64,000 nucleotides of DNA from an uncultured bacterium (GCA_903848795.1 CAINHC010000021.1:11309-75308); one strand, 5' to 3'. Counted from the stretch's first letter, positions 38,436 to 48,105 are shown. The notes: a model not told the origin generated them from the letters alone. Numbers and translations are program-made.

Positions 38436-39749
38436 CTATTCTATCACTACCTTCTTCTCAACATATTTACGATTAGAAATCTTCATTCCTAAACCATTCA
38501 TTATTTCATACTTACCAACTTTATATTTATCAAATTCTTTCCCGGAAATCTTTTTAGAATACATCTCTCGTAAAAAACTGATTACTATTTCCCTGTCCGC
38601 ATGCTCGAGAAGATCAAGAAATTTCTGAGTGTTAGGATTGTCTATAAAAGACTGAGGTAATTCCACACCCTCCGTACCAGCTTCATGTTTTGCAAAATCC
38701 TTCAATAAGTTATTCCAATCTTGTTTAAATGTATTACCAATTTTATTCATTTCATCTTCAATAACCTCGTGGTCCTCTCTTAGAACTTTTAATACCACCT
38801 CTCCACGACGCGGAGCCGGCAAATACCTTCGTAAAAATTCTTCAACAGGAATATAAGCCTTAACACTTTTAAATGGAATCTCTCCAGTCTCACAAAATTT
38901 ATCAAACCTCTTCCTATTTATTTGCCCGTCTTTATCAATAAACTGCATCCAAGTAGACGGATCATTTTCCTTCCTCGTCCTCTCCCCTCTTTTGACTTTC
39001 TCTTCATCACTATCGTCTTCACCGGGTATTTTTATAAAACCCATCTTTCTAGCAATAGGGGTACTCAGGAGCCATGAAGCTCCAACAACAACTGCAGTAT
39101 CAGGTGATTCATCGACAATATGCAGTGCAATCTTTTCAAAATATGATCTTAGCGACTCTAAACCTATACGATCTTCGTCTGTTCTGTAAAAATCATGAAT
39201 ATGAACCTCTGTCAGTTTAGAGAATTTAGAAAATCCTATTTTTTTAAGCCCCGACCACCTTCCATCCTCAGATCCTCCAATCGAAGCAATGTCCTCACAA
39301 TACACCAGCTCATGCTCCTGCTTTCTTTCGTCACTCTCTCTTGGTTCAATTCTTTTAAGATCTTCAACCCCTAAATATTGTTTTATAGAACTTTTAGCTA
39401 CTTCAATCAGTTTTAATATTTTTTCCAAGTTAAAGCCCTCTTCCTCATACAAAGAATCTAGTTGTTCAAAAAATGATTTAAAAAATGAGTCTAGCTTTTC
39501 TCTGTGTTGAGCAAAACTAAATCCGTCCAATCCAGATAGTATTCTTTTTATACGACCCACTATCATCGTATAATCCTTTAACGCCTCATGAAATGTATAC
39601 TCAGTTTTTACATCTTTGACTTCTTGATACTTTTTATTAGCATAAAACAAAGAAATTAAATCTAACTTTTTATCAAGTAAATTCTTCCTTTCATTTATAC
39701 TATTAGTCTCAATAGGTGAAGTTATATATTGTGCTCTTTCTGGGTCCAT
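38436..39749 (-). CDS. Hypothetical 437-aa cytoplasmic protein directly downstream of the Phd/RelE pair
   Basis: No recognisable motif; charged and coiled-coil-rich. Same strand as the TA module, 100 nt below it. Confidence 0.35.
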   Translation of the reverse strand: MDPERAQYITSPIETNSINERKNLLDKKLDLISLFYANKKYQEVKDVKTEYTFHEALKDYTMIVGRIKRILSGLDGFSFAQHREKLDSFFKSFFEQLDSLYEEEGFNLEKILKLIEVAKSSIKQYLGVEDLKRIEPRESDERKQEHELVYCEDIASIGGSEDGRWSGLKKIGFSKFSKLTEVHIHDFYRTDEDRIGLESLRSYFEKIALHIVDESPDTAVVVGASWLLSTPIARKMGFIKIPGEDDSDEEKVKRGERTRKENDPSTWMQFIDKDGQINRKRFDKFCETGEIPFKSVKAYIPVEEFLRRYLPAPRRGEVVLKVLREDHEVIEDEMNKIGNTFKQDWNNLLKDFAKHEAGTEGVELPQSFIDNPNTQKFLDLLEHADREIVISFLREMYSKKISGKEFDKYKVGKYEIMNGLGMKISNRKYVEKKVVIE

Positions 39750-39849
39750 ATTTAGATTATAACACAGCAGGGCTAGGCTAGGCCATTTTAATATTTTTCA
39801 GCTTAAATCAAGCCTTTCAAACACTTTGATAGACAAGGGATTGGAAGCA

Positions 39850-40116
39850 CTATCTATCATAAAAAACATTTCCTCTACTTTCAATTTCAATGATCTCTAT
39901 TATCAACTTTAATTCAATTATTTGATAAATTATTCTATAGTTTGCAATTTTTATCTTTCTGAGATGAGATAATTTGCCATTCATCTTTATACCCATAGTG
40001 GGATTATTTTGTAATTGATCAATTGCAGACTGGACTCTAAAACATATAGCCTTAGGTATTTTCAATAAAGCTTTTTCAGCATCTTTATGCAAGTAAATTA
40101 TGTATCTTTCTACCAT
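39850..40116 (-). CDS. RelE/ParE-family type II toxin
   Basis: 88 aa; ...KLSHLRKIKIANYRIIYQIIELKLIIEIIEIESRGNVFY is the RelE/ParE C-terminal core. Sits 4 nt after the antitoxin stop. Confidence 0.65.
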   Translation of the reverse strand: MVERYIIYLHKDAEKALLKIPKAICFRVQSAIDQLQNNPTMGIKMNGKLSHLRKIKIANYRIIYQIIELKLIIEIIEIESRGNVFYDR

Positions 40117-40119
40117 AGA

Positions 40120-40479
40120 TTATTTACTCTTCTTATTATTTTTCTTACCTTTACTTACATATTTCTGTTTTGATTCATCTGCTAAAACCATTGTACCCGT
40201 CTTTGCCAAAAGTTCCTGCTTAATACTATTCCAAGCTCGGTATTCACCGTTAGTAAACTCTTCATCTACCTTTTTAACCTTTGCCATAAATTTACGATTC
40301 TTCATGAGAGCCAGATCTTCTACGAGATTTTCATATTCTTCTGCACTAATCATGACCACCTTTGGTTTGCCATTTTCAGTAAATGTAAAAATCTGTCCAA
40401 ACTTTTGAACCTTTTCTGCTATTTCAAATATTTTAGATCTAGCCTCAGATATTGATATAATATTTTTGAATTTTATCAT
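40120..40479 (-). CDS. Phd/YefM-family antitoxin
   Basis: ISISEARSKIFEIAEKVQKFGQIFTFTENGKPKVVMISAEEYENL is the canonical Phd/YefM N-terminal fold sequence. Basic C-terminal tail. Confidence 0.65.
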   Translation of the reverse strand: MIKFKNIISISEARSKIFEIAEKVQKFGQIFTFTENGKPKVVMISAEEYENLVEDLALMKNRKFMAKVKKVDEEFTNGEYRAWNSIKQELLAKTGTMVLADESKQKYVSKGKKNNKKSK

Positions 40480-40726
40480 AGTATGTACATTATAGCGTAC
40501 ATATCGTTTTAAGCAAGTTCAGAAAGTTTAATCTAAAATACCTTTTGTTTTCAATCTGAAATTGACTATTATCATTTTGCTGGTGTCAGCAAAACGATCG
40601 GATTTTTACTTTTTTATAGACCATTTTGTTGACGTCAACAATATGGTTTAGACCTTCCCACGTCGTACCAAATTCTGTACCAGACCCATGACCTCTCCGC
40701 CAATTTAATGCTACAATATTTAAATC

Positions 40727-41602
40727 ATGGAACAAAATCAAAATCAAAACACTGATACAAACAGCGTTGATCAAAACACCAGCGATAGGAAAACAAGGAA
40801 CGATGTCCCCTACAAGCGCGATCGCCTAGTTCGAGTAATCGTGCAAATGAGAAATGGATCAACATCGACAGGTACCGGATTTTTTATAAGCAAGGACGGA
40901 GAAATCCTAACCTGCGCCCATGTAATCGCAGGAACAGAATTGCGGAATCTAAAAGCGATAGACTTTAGGGTCAGCAATAATTTTAGCACCACAGCAGAAT
41001 CTGGCGTCAGTGTTGCGACTGATTCCAGCGACGCAAATAGCAAAGAAAACGGCAAAGATATTAATACAGGCGCACAACACATAAAATTCCAAAACTATCT
41101 CACTCAATCCATCATGACTCTTCAAGTTGAACTTCCAAATGGCGATAGAGTCATGGCAGAAATTAGAAAAATCGATGAGGACCTTGATGTTGCCGTTCTT
41201 CAAATTACAAAGAACGATTTTGAGAAAAATGACACAACAAAAAATGGAACACCGTTCTTTTTGCTCGATGATAAATATACACCCGAATACGACGAATCAA
41301 CTTTCTTCTGCGGATTTCAAATGACTGGTGGATATGACAATCCAACTCAATATCCTTTTTCAGTTAATCGAGCTGTAGTTTCTGCGATGCCAGAAACTGC
41401 TGTTGCGGGAGGAGTCCATGAACACATTCAATTGAACTCAATCAACCTCGGAGGAAATAGTGGCGCCCCTTTGTTTGTCGAAGGAAGCAATACCGTGATT
41501 GGGATAATAAATGGTAATTTGAATTGGGATAAAAATATTCCGCTTTGCATTGCGTACGCAACTTCCTTGAAATTAATTAAAGAAAAGCTGGATATTTTAT
41601 AA
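40727..41602 (+). CDS. Trypsin-like (S1/S1C family) serine peptidase
   Basis: His region ILTCAHVIAG, an Asp, and Ser region GNSGAPLF (variant of GDSGGP). Confidence 0.6.
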   Translation: MEQNQNQNTDTNSVDQNTSDRKTRNDVPYKRDRLVRVIVQMRNGSTSTGTGFFISKDGEILTCAHVIAGTELRNLKAIDFRVSNNFSTTAESGVSVATDSSDANSKENGKDINTGAQHIKFQNYLTQSIMTLQVELPNGDRVMAEIRKIDEDLDVAVLQITKNDFEKNDTTKNGTPFFLLDDKYTPEYDESTFFCGFQMTGGYDNPTQYPFSVNRAVVSAMPETAVAGGVHEHIQLNSINLGGNSGAPLFVEGSNTVIGIINGNLNWDKNIPLCIAYATSLKLIKEKLDIL

Positions 41603-41631
41603 ATAAATATTTAAGTATTTTTAAAGAATAG

Positions 41632-41668
41632 GAAAACCCGCCGACAGGAGGCGCTGTACGGCGGGTTC
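41632..41668 (-). terminator. GC-rich hairpin (aacccgccg...cggcgggtt) followed on the minus strand by TTTTCCTATTCTTT; probable terminator of the minus-strand gene
   Basis: 9-bp stem. The U-tract is on the minus strand only. Confidence 0.45.
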
Positions 41669-41733
41669 CTGGGGCGGGCTGGTTTGATTGATGAACCCCC
41701 TTAAGCTGGGTTATCTATGTATGGCCACTTATT

Positions 41734-42069
41734 TCAGCGAATGACCTTACCGTCAAAGGTACCCTTAGCTACAACAGAGAGTTGTACACCTTTTGCGACC
41801 GCTTTGACGATTAAGTTAAATCCTCCATCATTCTGACTGGATGCCGTAAAGACATTACGACAGAAGCATCTAATGTGATCCACGCTTTTGTCACGGGTGT
41901 AGTTCACATTCCTGTCGCCAGACTCAAAAATTCCACGCTGGATTACATCGATGCTCTCAAACAGACCTCTGAGACGATGCTTTTTTTCAGCCCTCTCAGC
42001 AACGGTCTCGCCTGGAAGGTTTTTGATATCTACTGCCATCAATAGAATTTCTTTCATTTTTGTTTTCAT
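41734..42069 (-). CDS. Hypothetical 111-aa protein, compositionally atypical (~45% GC)
   Basis: ORF with a terminator downstream and a palindromic operator-like element upstream; no motif recognised. Confidence 0.35.
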   Translation of the reverse strand: MKTKMKEILLMAVDIKNLPGETVAERAEKKHRLRGLFESIDVIQRGIFESGDRNVNYTRDKSVDHIRCFCRNVFTASSQNDGGFNLIVKAVAKGVQLSVVAKGTFDGKVIR

Positions 42070-42130
42070 GACAATTAATAGTTGTTGGGATTTGATTGTT
42101 CTTGACTACAGCCCCACTTTGGGCCGCATC

Positions 42131-42177
42131 TTTCAAGGTATATAAATACCCTCAAAGATGCGGTCCAAGGATGAGCT
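42131..42177. promoter_or_regulatory. 21-bp imperfect palindrome (ggccgcatctttcaaggtat / ataccctcaaagatgcggtcc) centred on TATATAAAT, 60-110 nt upstream of the 41734..42069 gene
   Basis: 18 of 21 arm positions are complementary, with an AT-rich centre resembling a -10 element. Confidence 0.45.
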
Positions 42178-42437
42178 GGCTGGGGCCGTGACAAAAACAA
42201 TACCTACAACATAAACAACATTAAAATCACAATATTATTAAGGAGCTATAACATCAAAACTATACAGTAAAATGGTAGGAAGTAAAGGGTCGGATCGGCC
42301 TCTGATCTAGGCTCGAAATCCTTCAAAAGACCGCCGAAAAGATATCCCCACTCTTATCCCCACCACCCACTTTTTCTTTAAGTTTTGATTAGAGTCAAAA
42401 TGGTTTAATATTAGTGTTATCAAATTAATTTATAAAA

Positions 42438-43109
42438 ATGAAAATACTTATTATCGAAGATGATATCTTTTTAGCACAAACAATCAAGAAAGCACTCGAG
42501 GCTCATTGCTTCAGCGTCGACACCGCACATGATGGCAAAAGCGGATCCTATATCGCCAGAATTAATAAATACAAATTAATATTATTAGATTTAATTTTGC
42601 CAGACAAAAGTGGCGTGACAATTTGCAAAGAAATTAGAGGTGAAGGTATTACATGTCCGATACTTGTTGTATCATCACAATCGGAGGTGCCTGATAAGGT
42701 GGCAATGCTAAATATTGGAGCAGATGATTATATTACCAAGCCTTTTAATATTGAAGAGCTTATCGCAAGAGTTAATGCTCTTATCAAAAGACCTTATGAT
42801 ATATCGGAGGATGTTATGACGCTTGATGATTTGACGATTAATACAAGCAATCAGACAGTGACCAAGGCCGGGGCTGATATTTATTTAACAAGAAGAGAAT
42901 ATATGTTGCTTAGGTGTTTTGCCAGGAATGAAGGTAAGGTTATTACAAGGAGTAAATTGCTGGAGGAAGTGTGGGATAGAGACGCGAGTCCTTTTACCAA
43001 TACGATTGAGACGCATGTTAGGAATCTTAGAAAAAAGATCGAGTCGAAGGATAAAAGGATTATTCACACGATAAATGGAAGGGGGTATAAGATGGGGCGG
43101 GCGAAGTGA
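42438..43109 (+). CDS. OmpR-family response regulator (receiver + winged-helix)
   Basis: MKILIIEDD...LILLDLILPDKSG...K receiver domain; C-terminal Trans_reg_C (RREYMLLRCFARNEGKVITRSKLLEEVW). Confidence 0.85.
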   Translation: MKILIIEDDIFLAQTIKKALEAHCFSVDTAHDGKSGSYIARINKYKLILLDLILPDKSGVTICKEIRGEGITCPILVVSSQSEVPDKVAMLNIGADDYITKPFNIEELIARVNALIKRPYDISEDVMTLDDLTINTSNQTVTKAGADIYLTRREYMLLRCFARNEGKVITRSKLLEEVWDRDASPFTNTIETHVRNLRKKIESKDKRIIHTINGRGYKMGRAK

Positions 43110-43374
43110 GGGGTGGGTCAGGGGTGCGATGTTGATTTGAGGTCTGCGGAAAAAGTTTGGGTATTCTTTAGAATTTATTTATGGAGGCGTTAGGTGGGTG
43201 GTGGTATGATGTGGAGCGGAATACTGTCGGGTATTCCCAGTGTGTTGGAAAGTTTGTATTCTGATTCTAGGAGTTAGATTTTGGACTATACATTAAAATA
43301 TAGTCCAAAGATTTGAGTCGTAGAAAGAAAGATATCAAAAACTGGTAATTATAAATAAATTATTTATACTATAA

Positions 43375-44829
43375 TTGTTTACATTCAATACATACATTAT
43401 ACCATTTTATGATAAAGCTATGCGTAAATTATTTATTTATAAAGAAAATATTGATGAAAATACAAAAAGAAGAATCTCTATACTAAGCACTCTGTGCTTA
43501 AGTATAACTGTTTTTTTGATTATCCTACTTTCCATAATAATATATTCTTTATCAACACAGCCAACAAGAGACACTAGAGTTCCAATAACTATAATATTAA
43601 CACTTACAGTAGTTAGTGTAATCTCCTTTATTATTACCAAACAAGGAAAATTATTACTAGGTAGTTTAATTACACTTTTTCTATTATACGGATGCATACT
43701 CTACGGTTCAATCAATTGGGGCGCTGATTTGCCAACAATACTTATAACTTCATTTATAGTAATCTTAATATCCGGTATCCTCATAAACTCAAAGGCTGGT
43801 TTATTCTCGGCTGTCCTCCTGTCGCTCCACTTATTTCTATTTCACCATCTCTCCTTCTACCACATTATAACCCCAAACTACAACTGGAAGACCGATGCAT
43901 TCAATATATTCGACACCCTCGAATACTCCTCCCTCCTCATCTTCGCCGCCCTCTTCTCCTGGCTGTCCAACAGCCAACTCGAAAAGACCCTTATAAAATA
44001 CCAAGAATCTGAAGCCAAACTCCAATTCGAAAAGGACAATCTCGAAATCAAAGTCAAAGAAAGAACGGACGAAATCAACAGACTACAGATAGACAAAATA
44101 AACTCCATGTATAGGCTCGTCGAATTCGGAAGAATATCTTCCGGACTTTTCCACGACATCATGACTCCCCTAACCAACATCGCTCTCAATTTACAAATTC
44201 ACAAAGTTGAAGAAGTTAAAGAATCGATGAGCAAACTAATCCCATCAATCAAAAAAATAGAAAATCTCATTAATCAATCAAGAAAGCATATTAAGATAAA
44301 TGATTTAAGCACCACTTGGAATATCGAACAAGAAATACACTCAGCAATTGAGCTTTTAAAATCAAAAGCAATCAAGAGTGAAGTAAAATTAATATTTTCA
44401 AATAAAAATAAATCGAAAGAATTATATGGCCCGCAGGTTCTTTTTTCTCATATTATTATGAACCTCCTATCAAATGGAATTGATGCGCATGCGGATAGGC
44501 AAACAAATTCAGACACCACCCAATTCCGCGCCCAATTCCCCGCCCCCTCCTCCAGCGAAACCCCATCAATAAGCAAAATTGTTTTGATAAAAACAAAGAT
44601 TAAAAACGAAAAAATAAATATCAAAGTAATTGACAACGGAAGCGGAATCAAAGAAGAAATCATCAAGAACATCTTCGAACCATTCTACACAACCAAAGAA
44701 GAACATGGATGCGGTATTGGATTATCCTCAACAAAACACATTATAGAAAAATATTTCAAAGGCACGATTAGCGTGCGGAGCAGGTTAGGTAGGGGGACGA
44801 CGTTTGAGGTGGAGATTCCCATGTTTTAG
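43375..44829 (+). CDS. Sensor histidine kinase, membrane-bound
   Basis: Six N-terminal TM helices; H-box FHDIMTPLTNI; HATPase_c N/G boxes (LLSNGIDAH, DNGSGI, GCGIGLS). Start uncertain. Confidence 0.75.
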   Translation: MFTFNTYIIPFYDKAMRKLFIYKENIDENTKRRISILSTLCLSITVFLIILLSIIIYSLSTQPTRDTRVPITIILTLTVVSVISFIITKQGKLLLGSLITLFLLYGCILYGSINWGADLPTILITSFIVILISGILINSKAGLFSAVLLSLHLFLFHHLSFYHIITPNYNWKTDAFNIFDTLEYSSLLIFAALFSWLSNSQLEKTLIKYQESEAKLQFEKDNLEIKVKERTDEINRLQIDKINSMYRLVEFGRISSGLFHDIMTPLTNIALNLQIHKVEEVKESMSKLIPSIKKIENLINQSRKHIKINDLSTTWNIEQEIHSAIELLKSKAIKSEVKLIFSNKNKSKELYGPQVLFSHIIMNLLSNGIDAHADRQTNSDTTQFRAQFPAPSSSETPSISKIVLIKTKIKNEKINIKVIDNGSGIKEEIIKNIFEPFYTTKEEHGCGIGLSSTKHIIEKYFKGTISVRSRLGRGTTFEVEIPMF

Positions 44830-44911
44830 TCGAATTTCATATATAAAAAGCGAAGCCGCGCAGGTTATTAACCTACGCGGCTAGAAGAAAGAAGACTTCC
44901 TTCATTTTGTC

Positions 44912-45205
44912 CTACCTGCTTGTATACTTATGAGGTTTCATCCTCGCGCAGGCACATCCCAGTATCACGCAGGTCAGGAATATCGTATCCACGATCGACT
45001 GCGCAAATTTTGGCAACTCTGTGAGTATTGCCATTGCCATGTAGATGCAGATCGTTAGAGAAAGGCGCCAGAATACCTGGAATTTTCTCATGGCCTCGTA
45101 ATAATAGAGTTTCTGCAACGCCGTGCAGACAAGTCTCCATGTTAAATACATCCCTAGCCCATAGATGGCTAGAAATATGGCTATCTTTAAATAAGTCATC
45201 GTCAT
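44912..45205 (-). CDS. Small two-TM membrane protein (hypothetical)
   Basis: Plausible ORF only from the internal MTMTYLKIAIFLAIYGL...; the longer listed version lacks support. Confidence 0.25.
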   Translation of the reverse strand: MTMTYLKIAIFLAIYGLGMYLTWRLVCTALQKLYYYEAMRKFQVFWRLSLTICIYMAMAILTELPKFAQSIVDTIFLTCVILGCACARMKPHKYTSR

Positions 45206-45387
45206 TTTATTATTGTTAAGGTTTGACCTGATCCTCGTAATTAACTCTTTCAACACCCGTTGGAAGCTAATTGTATATGTATAAAAGGACCATTTCAAAC
45301 CACACAATACCTTACAATCCAATATTTGTAAAGTTTTTAAAAGCATGGTAGGCTTGTAGATGAAATAGGATCTTTCCAATTTGATCC

Positions 45388-45912
45388 GTGACCTCAACAA
45401 CAACCCCAATCCCTAGAAAACAACTGCACATGAACAAAAAAGATGGTGGAATTCTAACATTGATTATCCATAACGACAGGACGTACTCTGACCCAATGAT
45501 TACAAGATTACGCCGAGAACCGAGTCTCTTCGTCAAGATCTTCACAGACGTGACGAGCGCCATGCATTACATGAAAAGAAAAGGTGTTAAAGTGGACATC
45601 CTTATTCTCGATGGACGAATCTCCTGTGGAAAAGACTTTCCTAAAGAGGGCACCCAAAACGAAATGATTACTGGGATGGTGTTGTATGACCAGATCCGTC
45701 GGCAAAATCGTGAATTTCGAATCATTCTTTTCACGACAATGTTTGAAGTTTGTAATAACTTCGCATGGTCAGACCCAAATCTGACAATGCTCATGGCACA
45801 AGCGTCCACCTTGGAATACCAAGTCATTAAGTCACTCGAACGCATTTTTCCAGGCGATTTCGAGAAGAAGGTCATCGTGTCAAGAAAGTCCAAAAAAGTA
45901 TCAACCACCTGA
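45388..45912 (+). CDS. Degenerate receiver-like (CheY-fold) protein, paralogue A
   Basis: ILTLIIHNDR...VDILILDGRI resembles receiver beta1 and beta3 with the phospho-Asp position, but the acidic pocket is not conserved. Followed by a GC-rich terminator ending ggggcttctttgttttt. Confidence 0.35.
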   Translation: MTSTTTPIPRKQLHMNKKDGGILTLIIHNDRTYSDPMITRLRREPSLFVKIFTDVTSAMHYMKRKGVKVDILILDGRISCGKDFPKEGTQNEMITGMVLYDQIRRQNREFRIILFTTMFEVCNNFAWSDPNLTMLMAQASTLEYQVIKSLERIFPGDFEKKVIVSRKSKKVSTT

Positions 45913-45920
45913 CTAACCCC

Positions 45921-45990
45921 AGCCCCGACATCCAAACCAAAGGAGCCCCGCTTCCCCCCGTTTGGATCGGGGCTTCTTTGTTTTTATTTT
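45921..45990 (+). terminator. Rho-independent terminator (agccccgacatccaaac...gtttggatcggggct, then T-run)
   Basis: Long imperfect stem plus tctttgtttttatttttt. Confidence 0.55.
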
Positions 45991-46027
45991 TTAATATTAA
46001 TATTTCACCTCTTGTCGACCAAACGAT

Positions 46028-46069
46028 GTAGACTCACCTATGCGGACCCACCTACGTAGACTCACCTAT
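46028..46069 (+). promoter_or_regulatory. Direct repeat 2x gtagactcacctat (28-nt period) upstream of receiver-like paralogue B
   Basis: Exact 14-nt copies at 46028-46041 and 46056-46069. Confidence 0.4.
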
Positions 46070-46087
46070 TGTAGAGGTTTCTAAATC

Positions 46088-46642
46088 ATGATACCCTTTT
46101 ATTGGACTAGAAAAAAAGTAAGTCCGGAAGAGACAAGCAACAACCCTACACCCAGAGAGACAGATATTATGGAAAAAACATCAACGAAAACAATCGCCAA
46201 AGTGTTGTTCGCCGCACCAGATGGACAATATTCACCAAAAAACATCGCCCGCCTGAGAAAGGAAGGCAATGATATCACCATCTGCCACAACGCGAAGGCG
46301 GTACTGACTTACTTTAACTCAGAAGAAGGGAAACCTCATCTCGCACTGATCAACGACGTTTTACCTCATGGCGACGAGTTCAATGACATGGTGACCTTAA
46401 GAGAAAGCGCCACGGGGAGGGCGCTGTATGTCCGCCTCAATAGAACGCACGAGTGCAGAAACGTCATATTCGCGGTTACCACCGAAAACGTGGACGAAGT
46501 CGGTGAAATAGTTAAACTGAAGGAACCCAATCTCTTAATCCTGCATATAAAACCAGGAGAGCTCGATTATGCACTCAACACTGTCATCAAACAACTGCTT
46601 CCCGCCGAAGTTGAGCCTGGCAAGGAAGAAACCAGCATGTGA
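46088..46642 (+). CDS. Degenerate receiver-like protein, paralogue B
   Basis: KVLFAAPDGQ...HLALINDVLP resembles a receiver fold and is distantly similar to paralogue A. Followed by a terminator sharing ggggcttctttgttt. Confidence 0.35.
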   Translation: MIPFYWTRKKVSPEETSNNPTPRETDIMEKTSTKTIAKVLFAAPDGQYSPKNIARLRKEGNDITICHNAKAVLTYFNSEEGKPHLALINDVLPHGDEFNDMVTLRESATGRALYVRLNRTHECRNVIFAVTTENVDEVGEIVKLKEPNLLILHIKPGELDYALNTVIKQLLPAEVEPGKEETSM

Positions 46643-46677
46643 CCCTATCAGGTCTAGATCACACCCTCACAGCCCCA

Positions 46678-46751
46678 CCTGAAAACCAGAGAAGCCCCGC
46701 CCACCGCGCGTGACTTCCCCACCGTTTTCAGGCGGGGCTTCTTTGTTTATT
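46678..46751 (+). terminator. Rho-independent terminator (gaagccccgcc...ggcggggcttc nested in cctgaaaac...gttttcagg)
   Basis: Nested inverted repeats followed by tttgtttatt. Confidence 0.5.
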
Positions 46752-46863
46752 GAGCGCCATGAAACCCAAAAATTAGACCACACTTTTTGACCTCCGCATG
46801 GGGCCTGACCCCCATTTTTTTGATATCATTATATGCATAATAATTAATAAATAATTTAAATAC

Positions 46864-47550
46864 ATGAAAAGCGAAATAAAATTCATAAGCGTTATGGCCG
46901 TCCTAACTATCATCGTAGTCGGAGCTGGTCTATATATCTCCGCAAAAAATGGTGGACAAACTGGTATTCCAAAACCAATTATCAAGCCCGAGCTTCTTAT
47001 AAAAGTTGGAAGTCCGATGATAGAAAATGGAGTAGCATCTTTAACAAAAGATACAAACCTAAGTACCTCTTCAGTTACAATTGTAGAATTCGCTGACTAT
47101 GCATGTCCAGCATGTTCTGCACTACAACCTGAAATGGAAAAATTATTGAAGAAAGATCCAACTATTAAATATGTTTATAGGACTATTCCAATTCACGCAC
47201 AATCAAAGGAAGAAGCAAAGATGGTATACGCGTCTATGTCTCAAGGAAAGTTCAAAGAATATGCAAGTTTGATTTTCAAGAATCAAGAAGAGTGGGATAA
47301 GACGGGAGTAGATTTTATTCCTTTTTTTACAAAATACGCAGAGTCTCTAGGAATGGATGTTGCAAAGCTAAAAGCGGATTCTGCTAATCCAGCAATAGCC
47401 GCAACAATTGAATCTGATGCAAAGGATGGACAAGATTTGAGTATTTACGCAACTCCAACGGTTCTCTTCGTCGGACCAAAGGGTTCAACATATACTCAAG
47501 GTGCAGTTCAAGAATCTGAATTGCAAAAGGCGGTGGATTCAGTGAAATAG
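46864..47550 (+). CDS. DsbA-like thiol:disulfide oxidoreductase, membrane-anchored (second copy)
   Basis: N-terminal TM helix; CxxC DYACPACSAL; DsbA-like fold. Confidence 0.65.
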   Translation: MKSEIKFISVMAVLTIIVVGAGLYISAKNGGQTGIPKPIIKPELLIKVGSPMIENGVASLTKDTNLSTSSVTIVEFADYACPACSALQPEMEKLLKKDPTIKYVYRTIPIHAQSKEEAKMVYASMSQGKFKEYASLIFKNQEEWDKTGVDFIPFFTKYAESLGMDVAKLKADSANPAIAATIESDAKDGQDLSIYATPTVLFVGPKGSTYTQGAVQESELQKAVDSVK

Positions 47551-47759
47551 ATTGGGAGAGATAATTTTAAAAAAAATTCAGATAAATAAAATCCAAAATT
47601 CAAAAGATTTTGGGTTTTATTTTGCAGCAAAAGGCTAGGACTATATTATTAAGTTTTCTTTTTTTGATTTTCTTAATATAGTTTTCGACAGAGATTGACA
47701 CACATTTATCTACCTTGTACCATACTAAAGGATCCGTGAAAATACAGATCCAAGAAAAT

Positions 47760-48080
47760 TCAGATTAAGTAAAACAGCAACCCCAGAACCAATACCAAAT
47801 GAACGAGCCCGATAATGAACACCATTCAGCCGCAAAATGCAATGACAAAACTGGTGAAAAAACAAAGACCGACCAGACAGAAGTCACCATTGGCACCACT
47901 CCACACAGCCCAAGGTCTATGACGGCCACCAAAGATGATAAGCCATACATGCCCCACTGGCGGCAACATCTCAAGGCTGCAAGGAATAGGATGAATGAGT
48001 GCCACGAAGAGGACTGACCGGTCAATAGGCATTGACCCTCCGGTGTCCCCGCGCAAGCGCGGACGCCGGATTTCTTTTAT
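47760..48080 (+). other. GC-rich ~320-nt segment with a 72-aa hydrophilic ORF (47799..48017) and a plus-strand terminator hairpin (48033-48075)
   Basis: ccggtgtccccgcgc-aa-gcgcggacgccgg followed by atttcttttatt. Composition ~50% GC against ~35% in the flanks. Confidence 0.3.
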
Positions 48081-48105
48081 TCAAAAATTGATTCTCTTTC
48101 CCTGA

